Origin: a virus | DNA: 42,962 nucleotides | IMG/VR virus record: IMGVR_UViG_3300031965_000065 | Direction: 5' to 3' (one strand) | Shown here: one piece after another, positions 15,518-24,732 of the stretch | Layout: each line of letters begins with the position of its first letter | Position numbering within the stretch: position 1 is the first letter of the stretch | Program-made: the position numbers and the translations under genes | The notes under the pieces: generated by a model | Told to the model about the DNA's origin: nothing | The model's input: the letters and a program-made list of their open reading frames with translations, nothing else | Databases searched by the model: none

Positions 15518-15862
15518 ATGAATATATTATACAACGGTTCAAATTCTTGTGATGACTTCGAGTGGGAAGACGTGGGGTATTTTTTGACTGAGTTAATGAA
15601 TAAGAAAAACCCGTCCGGATTTTGGAAGGCGACTGTTAATAATTTTGGCTGGCGTAATTTAGACGGCTATAAGTTTTTTGAAGCGGCGACGGGTCACGAA
15701 TTGCTACAAAATATTTTGCCGGATACTGAATGTACTTTTAATATAGCAAACTTCCGGAACGGCATTTTAATACAAAATTATCACCACGATTCACCAACGG
15801 GCAACGAAAAATATTATATATTGCCGGTGGCTGAATCGACTTATTATAAGAATAATTATTGA
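15518..15862 (+). CDS. hypothetical protein
   Basis: 114-aa ORF with SD AAAGGGGGTGA 9 nt upstream. Confidence 0.7.
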   Translation: MNILYNGSNSCDDFEWEDVGYFLTELMNKKNPSGFWKATVNNFGWRNLDGYKFFEAATGHELLQNILPDTECTFNIANFRNGILIQNYHHDSPTGNEKYYILPVAESTYYKNNY

Positions 15863-16000
15863 TCGTCCGGATTCTTAAGGGGGTTGACATTATTTTCTAA
15901 CCGTTTTCAACCCTCTGACAGAGCGCGGACGTCCGGAAAAACTCCGAAAGTTCGATCAGAACGCTGAACGCGCTATTTTGGAAAGGGGGTGAAAAAAAAC

Positions 16001-16195
16001 ATGTTAGCTATATATAAAAATTTGAAGAATCAAATACTTACAAGCGATCGGCGCTTTATGTATTGCACAAAATGCGGCGCTGAATATTCAGCGAGCGCCG
16101 GCGACTATTTTATGATTAGTGATCCGGAATATAGGTTCAAATGCTGCCGTCGAGTGATGAAGTTAGCAACGAAACAAACTGTTTATAGTTTCTAA
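16001..16195 (+). CDS. small zinc-ribbon-like protein
   Basis: ATG follows SD AAAGGGGGTGA. The CTKCG...CC pairing suggests a Cys4-type ribbon. The ORF-track GTG at 15989 lies inside the SD. Confidence 0.6.
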   Translation: MLAIYKNLKNQILTSDRRFMYCTKCGAEYSASAGDYFMISDPEYRFKCCRRVMKLATKQTVYSF

Positions 16196-16207
16196 CGCTG
16201 AGCGTCA

Positions 16208-16324
16208 ATGAATGATATATTAAAAGTGGTTTTTGTAATTGTGATATATTTTCTTATACTGCCGGTGATCGTGGTCAAGCTGATCCGGCAAAAACTGTCC
16301 GGAAAGTATAGCGACTGGATATAA
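16208..16324 (+). CDS. 38-aa single-helix membrane peptide
   Basis: Translation MNDILKVVFVIVIYFLILPVIVVKLIRQKLSGKYSDWI. Below the ORF-track cutoff. Confidence 0.4.
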   Translation: MNDILKVVFVIVIYFLILPVIVVKLIRQKLSGKYSDWI

Positions 16325-16325
16325 T

Positions 16326-16406
16326 ATGCTTAAACTAATACTCGCGCTTATATTGATACTGCCGGTTATTTTAGCGATTGCCGGCGCGCTGGACGGTCAA
16401 CGCTGA
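16326..16406 (+). CDS. 26-aa hydrophobic peptide
   Basis: Translation MLKLILALILILPVILAIAGALDGQR. Starts 2 nt after the previous stop. Confidence 0.3.
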   Translation: MLKLILALILILPVILAIAGALDGQR

Positions 16407-16423
16407 ACGTTCAACGGTTGAAG

Positions 16424-16459
16424 GCGTCCGGACGTGTTACAACGTCCGGCGCTTTTTTT
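16424..16459 (+). terminator. rho-independent terminator
   Basis: Stem GCG(T)CCGGACGT / ACGTCCGGCGC, loop gttaca, followed by T7 (16453-16459). Confidence 0.8.
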
Positions 16460-16487
16460 GTTATATATATTTTTTTTGTGCTATTAT
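16458..16487 (+). promoter_or_regulatory. putative late promoter with extended -10, predicting a leaderless terS mRNA
   Basis: TTGTTA at 16458-16463, 18 nt, TGcTATTAT at 16479-16487. The ATG at 16497 has no SD. Confidence 0.4.
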
Positions 16488-16496
16488 TTATTTACT

Positions 16497-17429
16497 ATGA
16501 CTAAAGCGAACAACGCGTCAAATGATACCCCCCGTACCCCCCATATGCCGCCAAAAGCTACTCCGGAGAGTAGAAAGTCAGGTGGGGACTTTAATGAAAA
16601 GAGGGCGAGGGACAAATCTAAAAATAAACCCTCAGAACGTGCAGATATTGGCAAACATGCAGACATTGGCAAACGTGCAGATATTGGCAAACGTGCAAAC
16701 GCAGACAAATCTAAAAAATTCTCCAAAAAACAACGCCGACAGCACTTACAACTCGCCAAGCGTGGACTGAAGGCTAGAAAAAAATACGCAGAAGAAAAAA
16801 AGGAGATTGAAAAAAAACTCAAATCCAAAAAACCCGAACGTGCATACACCGCAAAGGACGACCCCAATCGCCGCCTCGACGGAACGTTCAACAAAGGAAA
16901 CAATGCCAACCCCAACGGGCGCACCCCCAACCGTGAACTACCCCCCCCACGCCAAATTGTTTTGATTAAAAAATTAAAAGACGTAATTCAAAAAATAGAA
17001 AATGGCGAAAAAAACACTGCGATCAATATGAAAGAATTAATGCTTGAATCAGGGTATAGCGAAACTTATGCCGGACACCCAAGCAACCTTGTTGAAACCA
17101 ATACTTTTCAGAAGTTGTTGAATAAACACTTGCCCGACGACACTGTTACTAGGGTTCACGGCGACGCCATTGTTGCTGAAAAAATAGATCATTACGTTTT
17201 TCCGGCAGGTGAAAAGGATTCTGTTATTCGTGATGTTATTGAAAGCGTTGCCGGCTGCCGTGTGGTGAAGATCAGGAAAAAACTTCAGTGGAAGCGTGCT
17301 TATTTTACTGCGCCGGATACTTCAAACAGGCTCAAAGCCATTCAGGAAGCATACAAGGTCAAAGGTCGCTACCCTGCGGAAAAACACGAACATTTTGTTG
17401 CTAAGGTAGAAATTACTAAATATGTCTGA
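16497..17429 (+). CDS. terS: terminase small subunit (start at ATG 16497, not GTG 16434)
   Basis: Lies immediately upstream of, and overlaps, terL. Basic, repeat-containing N-terminus. The MKELMLESGYSETYAGHPSNLVETNTFQKLL segment resembles the AGYS helix-turn-helix of small terminases. Confidence 0.65.
   Translation: MTKANNASNDTPRTPHMPPKATPESRKSGGDFNEKRARDKSKNKPSERADIGKHADIGKRADIGKRANADKSKKFSKKQRRQHLQLAKRGLKARKKYAEEKKEIEKKLKSKKPERAYTAKDDPNRRLDGTFNKGNNANPNGRTPNRELPPPRQIVLIKKLKDVIQKIENGEKNTAINMKELMLESGYSETYAGHPSNLVETNTFQKLLNKHLPDDTVTRVHGDAIVAEKIDHYVFPAGEKDSVIRDVIESVAGCRVVKIRKKLQWKRAYFTAPDTSNRLKAIQEAYKVKGRYPAEKHEHFVAKVEITKYV
16641..16694 (+). repeat. 3 x 18-bp in-frame tandem repeat (ADIGKH/ADIGKR/ADIGKR) in terS
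   Basis: gcagatattggcaaacat / gcagacattggcaaacgt / gcagatattggcaaacgt. Confidence 0.9.
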
Positions 17430-18777
17430 TAATGATACTCCTGATATTGATGAAGGGATAACGTTGTCTTTACCGTATAAGTTTACGCCTCGCGAATATC
17501 AACTTCCGGTATTGAAAGCGCTGGACGGCGGCACTAACCGTGCGGTCTGCGTGTGGCACAGGCGGTCGGGAAAGGATAAGACAATGATTAACTTTGTGGC
17601 GAAGAAAATGTATGAGAGGGTGGGTGCTTATTATTATTTGTTTCCCACGTTCAAGCAGGGAAGAAAAGTTATTTGGGACGGGCGCGATCGTGACGGATTT
17701 AAGTTCACGGATCATATACCTACGGAGTTAAGAGCAGCTACCAGTAATGAGGAGATGAAGATTGAAACTAAAAACGGGTCGATCTTTCAGATAATAGGGA
17801 CTGATGATATTGACAGGATCAGAGGAACAAATCCTTTTGGTATGGTCTTTAGCGAGTGGAGTTTGCAAAACCCTGCGGCGTGGGATATTACACGTCCTAT
17901 TTTGGCAGAAAACGGGGGGTGGGCGGTTTTTATTTACACCCCTATGGGGAAAAATCACGGATACACAACGCTGCAAACGGCGAGGGCTTTTCCTGATGTT
18001 TGGTATTCAGAGGTTTTGACGGCGAAGGACACGAACGTTATACCCTCAGACGTTCTTGAGCAGGAAAGATTGGAGATAATAAGAAAGGACGGCAACGACG
18101 CGGTGTATTTGCAGGAGTATATGTGTGATTTTGATATTCCTATTAAAGGTTCTTATTTTGCGGATCAGCTAAGGCGCGCAGAACAGGAAGGCAGGATTGG
18201 TGGTATTCCACACGATATGGCGGCAGAGGTTCACACCTTTTGGGATTTGGGGGTGGACGATTCTATGAGTATTTGGTTCATGCAAAGAGTGGGAAGGGAA
18301 TTTCGCTTTATTGATTATTATGAAAACTCCGGCGAGGGCATACCCCATTATATAAATGTATTAAAGTCAGAACACCGAAAGGACTATCTATATGGAAGGC
18401 ATTTTGCGCCCCACGACATTGAGGCAAGGGAACTAACCACCGGACGTTCACGCCGCGAAACTGCTAAAAACTTGGGGATTGATTTTGAGGTTGTGCAAAA
18501 AGTGCAGCATAAAGAAGACGCAATTGAGGCTTCAAGGAACATAATGAGCCAGTGCTGGTGGGATCAAAGAACGTGCGAACGCGGACTGGACGGATTAAAG
18601 TCTTTCCATAAGGAGTGGGACGAAGAACGTCAAGTCTTCAAACCCACACCGGTTCATGATTGGGCAAGTCACGCTGCCGACGCTTTTCAGACTTTTGCTT
18701 TGGGGTGGTTTGAGAAAATGCAGGGGGCGGCGACAGTGGAAACGCCCATACAATTTGATCCTTTTGAAAATGCCTAA
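17422..18777 (+). CDS. terL: terminase large subunit
   Basis: 451 aa. N-terminal ATPase (AVCVWHRRSGKDKT Walker-A-like; a Walker-B-like segment). C-terminal RNaseH-like nuclease with FWDLGVDDS...APHD. Confidence 0.85.
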   Translation: MSDNDTPDIDEGITLSLPYKFTPREYQLPVLKALDGGTNRAVCVWHRRSGKDKTMINFVAKKMYERVGAYYYLFPTFKQGRKVIWDGRDRDGFKFTDHIPTELRAATSNEEMKIETKNGSIFQIIGTDDIDRIRGTNPFGMVFSEWSLQNPAAWDITRPILAENGGWAVFIYTPMGKNHGYTTLQTARAFPDVWYSEVLTAKDTNVIPSDVLEQERLEIIRKDGNDAVYLQEYMCDFDIPIKGSYFADQLRRAEQEGRIGGIPHDMAAEVHTFWDLGVDDSMSIWFMQRVGREFRFIDYYENSGEGIPHYINVLKSEHRKDYLYGRHFAPHDIEARELTTGRSRRETAKNLGIDFEVVQKVQHKEDAIEASRNIMSQCWWDQRTCERGLDGLKSFHKEWDEERQVFKPTPVHDWASHAADAFQTFALGWFEKMQGAATVETPIQFDPFENA

Positions 18778-18985
18778 TAACAAATCAGAAACTTTTTCAC
18801 CGCATACGCCGGAAAAGAAAATAAGCGTTCAGATAACAGAACGCGAAGCCGTGCTTCTTACGAAGCTGCGTGCTTTTCCTTTTGGCAAGGTTTTGGTTCA
18901 CAAAGCCGAAGGGTTGATTGTCAGGATCGAACCGACCAATTCTATTTTGATCCAGCCGGACAAGGAGAGTATTGACTTGAAGTAA
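18770..18985 (+). CDS. hypothetical protein (71 aa)
   Basis: ATG at 18770 overlaps the terL end by 8 nt. The longer ORF-track start lies inside terL. Confidence 0.5.
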   Translation: MPNNKSETFSPHTPEKKISVQITEREAVLLTKLRAFPFGKVLVHKAEGLIVRIEPTNSILIQPDKESIDLK

Positions 18986-19011
18986 GTTCTTAGTGCTATA
19001 ATGAACTAATT

Positions 19012-19320
19012 ATGCCATACAACGCAGCAGATATGCCAATGCACGAAGGGCGTATGCTTCCTTCGTTTTCACTCCGAGAAGTTGATCTTCCACAAGTCAG
19101 GCGTTGGGAAGTGGGCGGCAGATACTATCTTATTATTGAAGTTGAAATGCTTGGTAAAAATTCAATGAAAGATTACGAAGCGCCGGAGAGTGGACGGGAC
19201 AAAATTGAAGGGTACTTCAGAATGAATAGTGTAAAAGAACTTCCCCCAAAAGAAGCCAATAAAGAATCAAAAAGAGCTTTTGAGGGCGCGATTGCAAAAG
19301 CAAGAGGTGGTAAACGCTAG
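19012..19320 (+). CDS. hypothetical protein
   Basis: 102-aa ORF. Confidence 0.6.
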   Translation: MPYNAADMPMHEGRMLPSFSLREVDLPQVRRWEVGGRYYLIIEVEMLGKNSMKDYEAPESGRDKIEGYFRMNSVKELPPKEANKESKRAFEGAIAKARGGKR

Positions 19321-19342
19321 ATGAATTAGCTATTATGGAAAT

Positions 19343-20671
19343 ATGGCAGCCGAATATGCAAGACTTCAAATTAGGATTAGTAGCGAAATCGAGGCGTGGG
19401 AAGACGTAAGTTACGAAACTGACGGATACCGCGTTCCTGTCGCATTTAATACCGCAAAAGACGGATCAGGGGACTGGCTAGTCCCACTTCTTGATTCGGA
19501 CGCACACCTTCAAGTTGATGTTTTGAGTGGTGGTGGTGCTGGAACGCAATATACCGAAGACGCGGCAGCAGCAGCCAATCCAACAGGAACAATGCCTGTT
19601 CTGGTTCGTGCCGACAGTCCGGCAGGCGTCACTTCAACCGACGGAGATGTTGTTGCACAAAGGGCAACTGATTATGGTGCAGCATTTGTTCAGATAGTTG
19701 ATTCTTCCGGAAACTTTGTTGATTCGTTTGGCGGCGCAGGCGGAACGGCAGCAGCAGACGACGCAGATTTTGTCGCAGGGACTACTCAAGGAACACCTGT
19801 TCAGGGCGTTTATGAATCTTCACCGTCTTCAGTAACTGACGGGGACTTGGGTATGATCGGTATTACCCAAACAAGAGCCGTTAGGGTAAGTATTGATGAT
19901 GACACTTCGGGCGGAGTTGAAATAGTGCAAGATACCGCAGGAGATTTGAACATGACCGCTGACACAGAACTTCCGGCAGCAGCAGCGCTTGGTGATACTG
20001 ACGGAAATCCAACAGCACCGGCGGTCGGCTCTTTCTTAATGGGCTGGGACACCTCACAATGGACTAGGCTTAGAACAACAATAGGCGACGGTTCGGTGGC
20101 AACGGGAATCTTAAACGTTGTTCCAATGGTCTATAACGGCACAACTTACGATAGGCTTCGGGGTTCAACTGACGGAGTTGACATAGGTGACATTTCCGCA
20201 GGAACACAGACAAATGATGTTAAGGTGTCTTTGGATTCTGAAGACGTTACTTCCGGAACTCACGGAAACTTTTTGGTTAATGCGACTTTGCAATTAGCAG
20301 ACACAGATGTTTCTGCAACCAATCCAGTTCCGGTAAGACCAAATGAATATGAGTTGGCAGGAAACACAACCCACGTTAAAAAATATTACACAGCGTCAAC
20401 CCCGACAGACGGAATTGTCTGGTCGCCGGCGGCAGGTAAAAGGTGGTATATCACAGACATTTTTATCGGAGTAAGCGCCGCCTCAACAGTCACTTTGGAA
20501 GACGATCTTACGGCAGGTGATGACGCCGTTTGGAAACACGAACTTGCTGCAAACTCCGGTTGGGATCACACCTTTGAAACACCCCTGTATTCCGGCGAAG
20601 ACGCAGCAGACCTTATTATTACAGCCAGTGCCGGAACGGTCTATGTAATGATTACAGGGTATGAAATATAA
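19343..20671 (+). CDS. hypothetical Ala/Gly/Asp/Thr-rich protein with internal TDGD-type repeats
   Basis: 442-aa ORF between terL and the portal gene. Recurring segments: TDGDVVAQRATDYGAAFV, TDGDLGMIGITQTRAVRV and STDGVDIGDI. Confidence 0.65.
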   Translation: MAAEYARLQIRISSEIEAWEDVSYETDGYRVPVAFNTAKDGSGDWLVPLLDSDAHLQVDVLSGGGAGTQYTEDAAAAANPTGTMPVLVRADSPAGVTSTDGDVVAQRATDYGAAFVQIVDSSGNFVDSFGGAGGTAAADDADFVAGTTQGTPVQGVYESSPSSVTDGDLGMIGITQTRAVRVSIDDDTSGGVEIVQDTAGDLNMTADTELPAAAALGDTDGNPTAPAVGSFLMGWDTSQWTRLRTTIGDGSVATGILNVVPMVYNGTTYDRLRGSTDGVDIGDISAGTQTNDVKVSLDSEDVTSGTHGNFLVNATLQLADTDVSATNPVPVRPNEYELAGNTTHVKKYYTASTPTDGIVWSPAAGKRWYITDIFIGVSAASTVTLEDDLTAGDDAVWKHELAANSGWDHTFETPLYSGEDAADLIITASAGTVYVMITGYEI

Positions 20672-20679
20672 AGTTTGTT

Positions 20680-21630
20680 ATGAAAGTTAGACACGGTAAA
20701 AAAAAAGACCCTCAAATAAAAATTGATTGCAGTATATCTGTAAAACCTTTGGGTAAATATTTGCTCAAAGTAGTTACTACAAAACACAGACGCGACCAAA
20801 CCATAGAATCTGTAAAAACCGCCTATCCTGTTCAGTGGCAAAACATTAAAGCCGACGCAAAAAACTTTTTCAAAAACCCTTTTGGTGTAGCCCCAAATGT
20901 TGCATTAAGTTTATTAGTGCCTTTGGTTTTTTTGTTTAGTGAAGAAAAAGCCTTTTACCTCTTTTTTATTGGATCATTGACCCTCGACAGCGCAACTGAG
21001 GGGAACAACGTAGATTCTTTTAACGTTACCGTAGCCGTAAACGACGATAGAGTTTTGATATTAGGTATAGGGCATTACCAAAACGGTAACGGTATTTCGG
21101 GTGCTACCTATGACAGTGACGCCCTGAGCGAAATTTTTACACAAGACGGTTCGTTTGGTGAACACGCTGCGTTGTGGGGTTTGATAGCACCCAACACCGG
21201 CACTAACAGCTTGGCTATTTCCGGTCGTGATAGTTGGATGGGCTTTGGCGCTATAAGTGTTTACGACGCCAACCAAAGTGCCTTGCCCACAAACGTTGAC
21301 GGTAATAGTGCTAGTGGTAGTTCAAACTCAATAGCAATAACCACTACGGTAGATAATGCTTGGGTTGTGGCGGCGGCTGGGGGTGAGCCGGCCATAACAA
21401 TGGAAACAACGGACGGCGTAGAAGATATGAACCTAGAGGGTCAAAGTTTCGAGCACGCTGAAATGCACCATGTAGCAAAAGCTACGGCAGGTTCACAAAC
21501 TATGGAAGTGTCGTTGTCGTATGGGGCGAGATCGAATATAGCGGCGTGTGAATTAGAACCGGCTGGTGGCGCACCGGCAACAGCAGTTAAGGATATAATA
21601 GGATCAGGTGTAATTCCTGCACCAAGATAA
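20680..21630 (+). CDS. hypothetical protein with basic N-terminus and one transmembrane segment
   Basis: 316-aa ORF with hydrophobic segment VALSLLVPLVFLF. Confidence 0.6.
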   Translation: MKVRHGKKKDPQIKIDCSISVKPLGKYLLKVVTTKHRRDQTIESVKTAYPVQWQNIKADAKNFFKNPFGVAPNVALSLLVPLVFLFSEEKAFYLFFIGSLTLDSATEGNNVDSFNVTVAVNDDRVLILGIGHYQNGNGISGATYDSDALSEIFTQDGSFGEHAALWGLIAPNTGTNSLAISGRDSWMGFGAISVYDANQSALPTNVDGNSASGSSNSIAITTTVDNAWVVAAAGGEPAITMETTDGVEDMNLEGQSFEHAEMHHVAKATAGSQTMEVSLSYGARSNIAACELEPAGGAPATAVKDIIGSGVIPAPR

Positions 21631-21677
21631 AATCAAGGTCGCTTGTAAGTTGGAGAGAATAGTTGGTAGAATGAATC

Positions 21678-22016
21678 ATGGCGAAAAATAAAAAAGAAAC
21701 AACACCAGAACAAAAAAACAGGAAAACACAGTTGAAACTGAAAAAGTTTAACCTTGAACTTGAGGAACTTCTTGATAAGTATAATTACATTATGGACGTC
21801 AGAATGAAGATTACCTCTAAAGGTATTGTCCCACAACTTGTTGTTGATACTCCGGAGAATATGGCTGGAAAAACACAAACCCAAAAACCGTCACCCTCTG
21901 AAATAGCCAAGATGATTAAAGAGGGTAAAATCAACAAAGAAAATGTCAAAAACAAAAAAGTCGAAACCGACGGAAAACCCGTCGGAAGACCTGAGAAAAA
22001 AGGCAAAAAAAACTAA
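21678..22016 (+). CDS. Lys-rich hypothetical protein
   Basis: 112-aa ORF that ends just after an A8 run (22005-22012). Confidence 0.55.
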   Translation: MAKNKKETTPEQKNRKTQLKLKKFNLELEELLDKYNYIMDVRMKITSKGIVPQLVVDTPENMAGKTQTQKPSPSEIAKMIKEGKINKENVKNKKVETDGKPVGRPEKKGKKN

Positions 22017-22368
22017 AGGCAGAATAAAAGTTCTTAGAGCTTTGCCGTATCGTGGTCATATGATTTACATAAGGATAATTGACGACGATATTTTTGAGTG
22101 GTTGACGGTTTATGAAAGTGAAATCTATGCCGGATATTTGGTTATTAAGCCGGAAAAGGGAAAGAAAAGGTTATCTGTAACACAACAAAACCAGTCGGCA
22201 ACCCTTGCTTTACAGGGGGCGTTGGCAACTCTTGATATGAAACTTGGAATTGAACCCGACGAAGAATCCAAAAAGGTTGTTAAGGCTTTCGAGGAATCAA
22301 GGGGGGTGGTAGAAAATGCCAAAAAAGAAAAAGAAGAAAAAGGGGAAAAAGAAAGGTTATTAAATTAA
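21943..22368 (+). CDS. hypothetical protein (start uncertain; overlaps the previous ORF by 74 nt in the +1 frame)
   Basis: 141-aa ORF. Ends at 22368, with the portal ATG at 22369. Confidence 0.5.
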   Translation: MSKTKKSKPTENPSEDLRKKAKKTKGRIKVLRALPYRGHMIYIRIIDDDIFEWLTVYESEIYAGYLVIKPEKGKKRLSVTQQNQSATLALQGALATLDMKLGIEPDEESKKVVKAFEESRGVVENAKKEKEEKGEKERLLN

Positions 22369-24354
22369 ATGGCAAAACCAATATCTGAATCAATTAAAGA
22401 AACAGGCGCTTCGGCGGTGTCAAAAGACCCATATGAAGATTTAGCCAAACAGTGTGAGGCTGAATATGAAATTGCGTGGAAACATCAAAAACCCAAAAAA
22501 GACGAACAGGAAGTCCGCCTCAAACTTTACAACAATCAACGCCGTGATAAAAAAGCGGTCGGGGATACCACAATGTTTACGATCCACCAAACGATTGTTG
22601 CTTCACTATATATAGACCGGCTTGATTCCGAGTGGGAAGGTAAAGAAGAAGGTGACGAGGGCGTTGCTGAAAATCTTAATGTTTTGTCCAAGAATGATTA
22701 TGACGATATGGAAAAAGACATCTTGGACTATTTCTGGATTTGGGACGCTTCGTTTTTTGGTAGGGGTCTGGTTTCTTTGGAAGAATATATCCGTGAGCCG
22801 GATAAAAATATTTACTTGCCCATGCCATATAATATTGACCCCATTCCGTTTGTTCGCGATCCTTATGCAACTTCAATAAATGGCGATCGTCGAGGGCGCG
22901 GCGGTGCAAGGTTTTTTGGGTGGGAACAAAAAATGACCAAACAGGACACAGAAGAACACCCTCATATTTTTGAAGAAATAACTTGGTCTGAAATAAACAG
23001 ACTTGGTGGAAGTAAGTCGCTTTTACAGGACGCAATTGACGCAAGAACCCTTGCACAAGGTTTACAGTCAATCAACAAAGATGAGGGTCAGGCAAATCTT
23101 GGGGCGAACAAACAATACGACATTACCAAATGGTACACCCGATATGAAATGAACGGTGAGGTTAAGAGGGTTAAGGTTTGGTTGGCAAACGATAGAAGCA
23201 AGGTCATTGGACTTGAGGTTTTGGATCGGGACTACTGGAAGGTAGTTGACAGACCGCTTTATCCACACAGCCACGATTGGGACGGAACTTCAATTCCCGA
23301 TCTTACTGAAGATAAACAGCGAGCAAGGGCGGTTGCTCAAAACTTGGGACTTAACGCCATGAAGGCTGATCTTTACCCAATGTATATCTATGACACCAAC
23401 AAGATCACTAACAAAAAAGACCTCAATTTTGCTTTCAATAAATTCATAGGTGTTGACGCTAAAAATGAAAATATTGCCGGCGCAATAGCACCACTTATCA
23501 AAGCTCGTCCGAACATGGGGCTTTTGGATTTTATATATAATTCTTTGGACGCTTCTGCACAAAAAGCAACGGCTACTCCGGAAATTCAGCAGGGCGCTTT
23601 GTCTGAGGAAAAGCGAACTTTGGGTGAGATAAACATAATTGCTTCCAAAGTTGATACGCGTTATTCATTGTCTGCAAAAGTATTTGGGTGGTCTGAAAAA
23701 AGGTTTTGGCGACAATGGTACTGGTCTTATAAAGAAAACTTTAAGGAAGACATTGATGAAAAAATACTTCGTATTTCCGGCGCATTTGGTGCAAGGTGGC
23801 GAGGTCTTAAAAAAGACGATATTGTTGCAAAGATTGATCCGGACGTTAGGATTGAAAGTCGGATTCTGTCAAGGGCAAAACAGCTTGAGGAAAGACAAAC
23901 GCTTACCGGACTTTTTGCACTTGTTCTTCAAGACCCAACAGCCAACAGGCGCTGGGGTCTTAAAAAACTTTCAAAGGTTCATGGTATGACAAAAGATGAA
24001 ATTGATAGGCTTTTGCCGCCAACGGTTGACGAAAGAATAGCTGAACGCGAAAACGAAAAACTTTCCAAAAACGACCCTGTTCCTGTTCTTCGTGAAGACA
24101 ATCACCAGTTGCATTTGGAAATAAATAACATGGCTTTGGACACGGAAGCAAAAGCAGCGCACATTGAAACGCACGTTAGGGCGCTTGAACTTAAAAAGAC
24201 CAATCCGGAACTGTTCCCACAAGACCCTGAAGTTCAACAAGGCTTTCAACCCAGTGCTGGACAGCCACAAATTTCTGTTCCGTCCGGAGTTTCCGGCGCA
24301 CAACAGGGTGGAATTAGCCCTGCACAACCAACAAGTTCACCGCCAACACAATAA
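22369..24354 (+). CDS. portal protein
   Basis: 661 aa. Located downstream of terL and upstream of the scaffold-like and capsid genes. Call rests on size and synteny. Confidence 0.7.
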   Translation: MAKPISESIKETGASAVSKDPYEDLAKQCEAEYEIAWKHQKPKKDEQEVRLKLYNNQRRDKKAVGDTTMFTIHQTIVASLYIDRLDSEWEGKEEGDEGVAENLNVLSKNDYDDMEKDILDYFWIWDASFFGRGLVSLEEYIREPDKNIYLPMPYNIDPIPFVRDPYATSINGDRRGRGGARFFGWEQKMTKQDTEEHPHIFEEITWSEINRLGGSKSLLQDAIDARTLAQGLQSINKDEGQANLGANKQYDITKWYTRYEMNGEVKRVKVWLANDRSKVIGLEVLDRDYWKVVDRPLYPHSHDWDGTSIPDLTEDKQRARAVAQNLGLNAMKADLYPMYIYDTNKITNKKDLNFAFNKFIGVDAKNENIAGAIAPLIKARPNMGLLDFIYNSLDASAQKATATPEIQQGALSEEKRTLGEINIIASKVDTRYSLSAKVFGWSEKRFWRQWYWSYKENFKEDIDEKILRISGAFGARWRGLKKDDIVAKIDPDVRIESRILSRAKQLEERQTLTGLFALVLQDPTANRRWGLKKLSKVHGMTKDEIDRLLPPTVDERIAERENEKLSKNDPVPVLREDNHQLHLEINNMALDTEAKAAHIETHVRALELKKTNPELFPQDPEVQQGFQPSAGQPQISVPSGVSGAQQGGISPAQPTSSPPTQ

Positions 24355-24355
24355 T

Positions 24356-24697
24356 ATGAAAGAACCCCAAACATCTGAAGAAGTGAATGAAGCAATAAGT
24401 GATTACACCAACCTTTTGAATCATAGTGGCTGGAAACGCGTTGTTGTTCAACTGGATGCAAATATTGAATTTTTGCAGGGTCAGTTGGAAAATGGTTTAG
24501 AAAGTGAAAAATATGACGATGTAAAGAGGCTTCGCGACAAACTAACACTCATGCGTGAAATGCGTGACACTCCGCAAAACATGATTAACCGCCTGCAATC
24601 GCCCGATCCTGAACCCGTAAACACCGATCCTTTTGACACAAAGGAAGATGTCGCAAACAGAAAAAAGCAAGAAGTTGACAAAGAGGCAGAAGAATAG
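24356..24697 (+). CDS. hypothetical acidic protein (113 aa)
   Basis: ATG lies 2 nt after the portal stop. The longer ORF-track start lies inside the portal gene. Confidence 0.55.
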   Translation: MKEPQTSEEVNEAISDYTNLLNHSGWKRVVVQLDANIEFLQGQLENGLESEKYDDVKRLRDKLTLMREMRDTPQNMINRLQSPDPEPVNTDPFDTKEDVANRKKQEVDKEAEE

Positions 24698-24732
24698 GTA
24701 CTATTAGTATGTAGCCTAAAAACGAATAACGT

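Noticed and set aside
16434-16496. GTG start for terS giving a hydrophobic N-terminus (MLQRPALFLLYIFFLCYYLFT)
   Set aside because: These codons cover the terminator stem, the T-tract and the AT-rich promoter. ATG 16497 is the more credible start.
16941-16948. C8 homopolymer in terS as a phase-variation tract
   Set aside because: It simply encodes Pro-Pro-Pro in frame, and there is no alternative downstream frame of any length. It is noted only as a possible sequencing-error hotspot.
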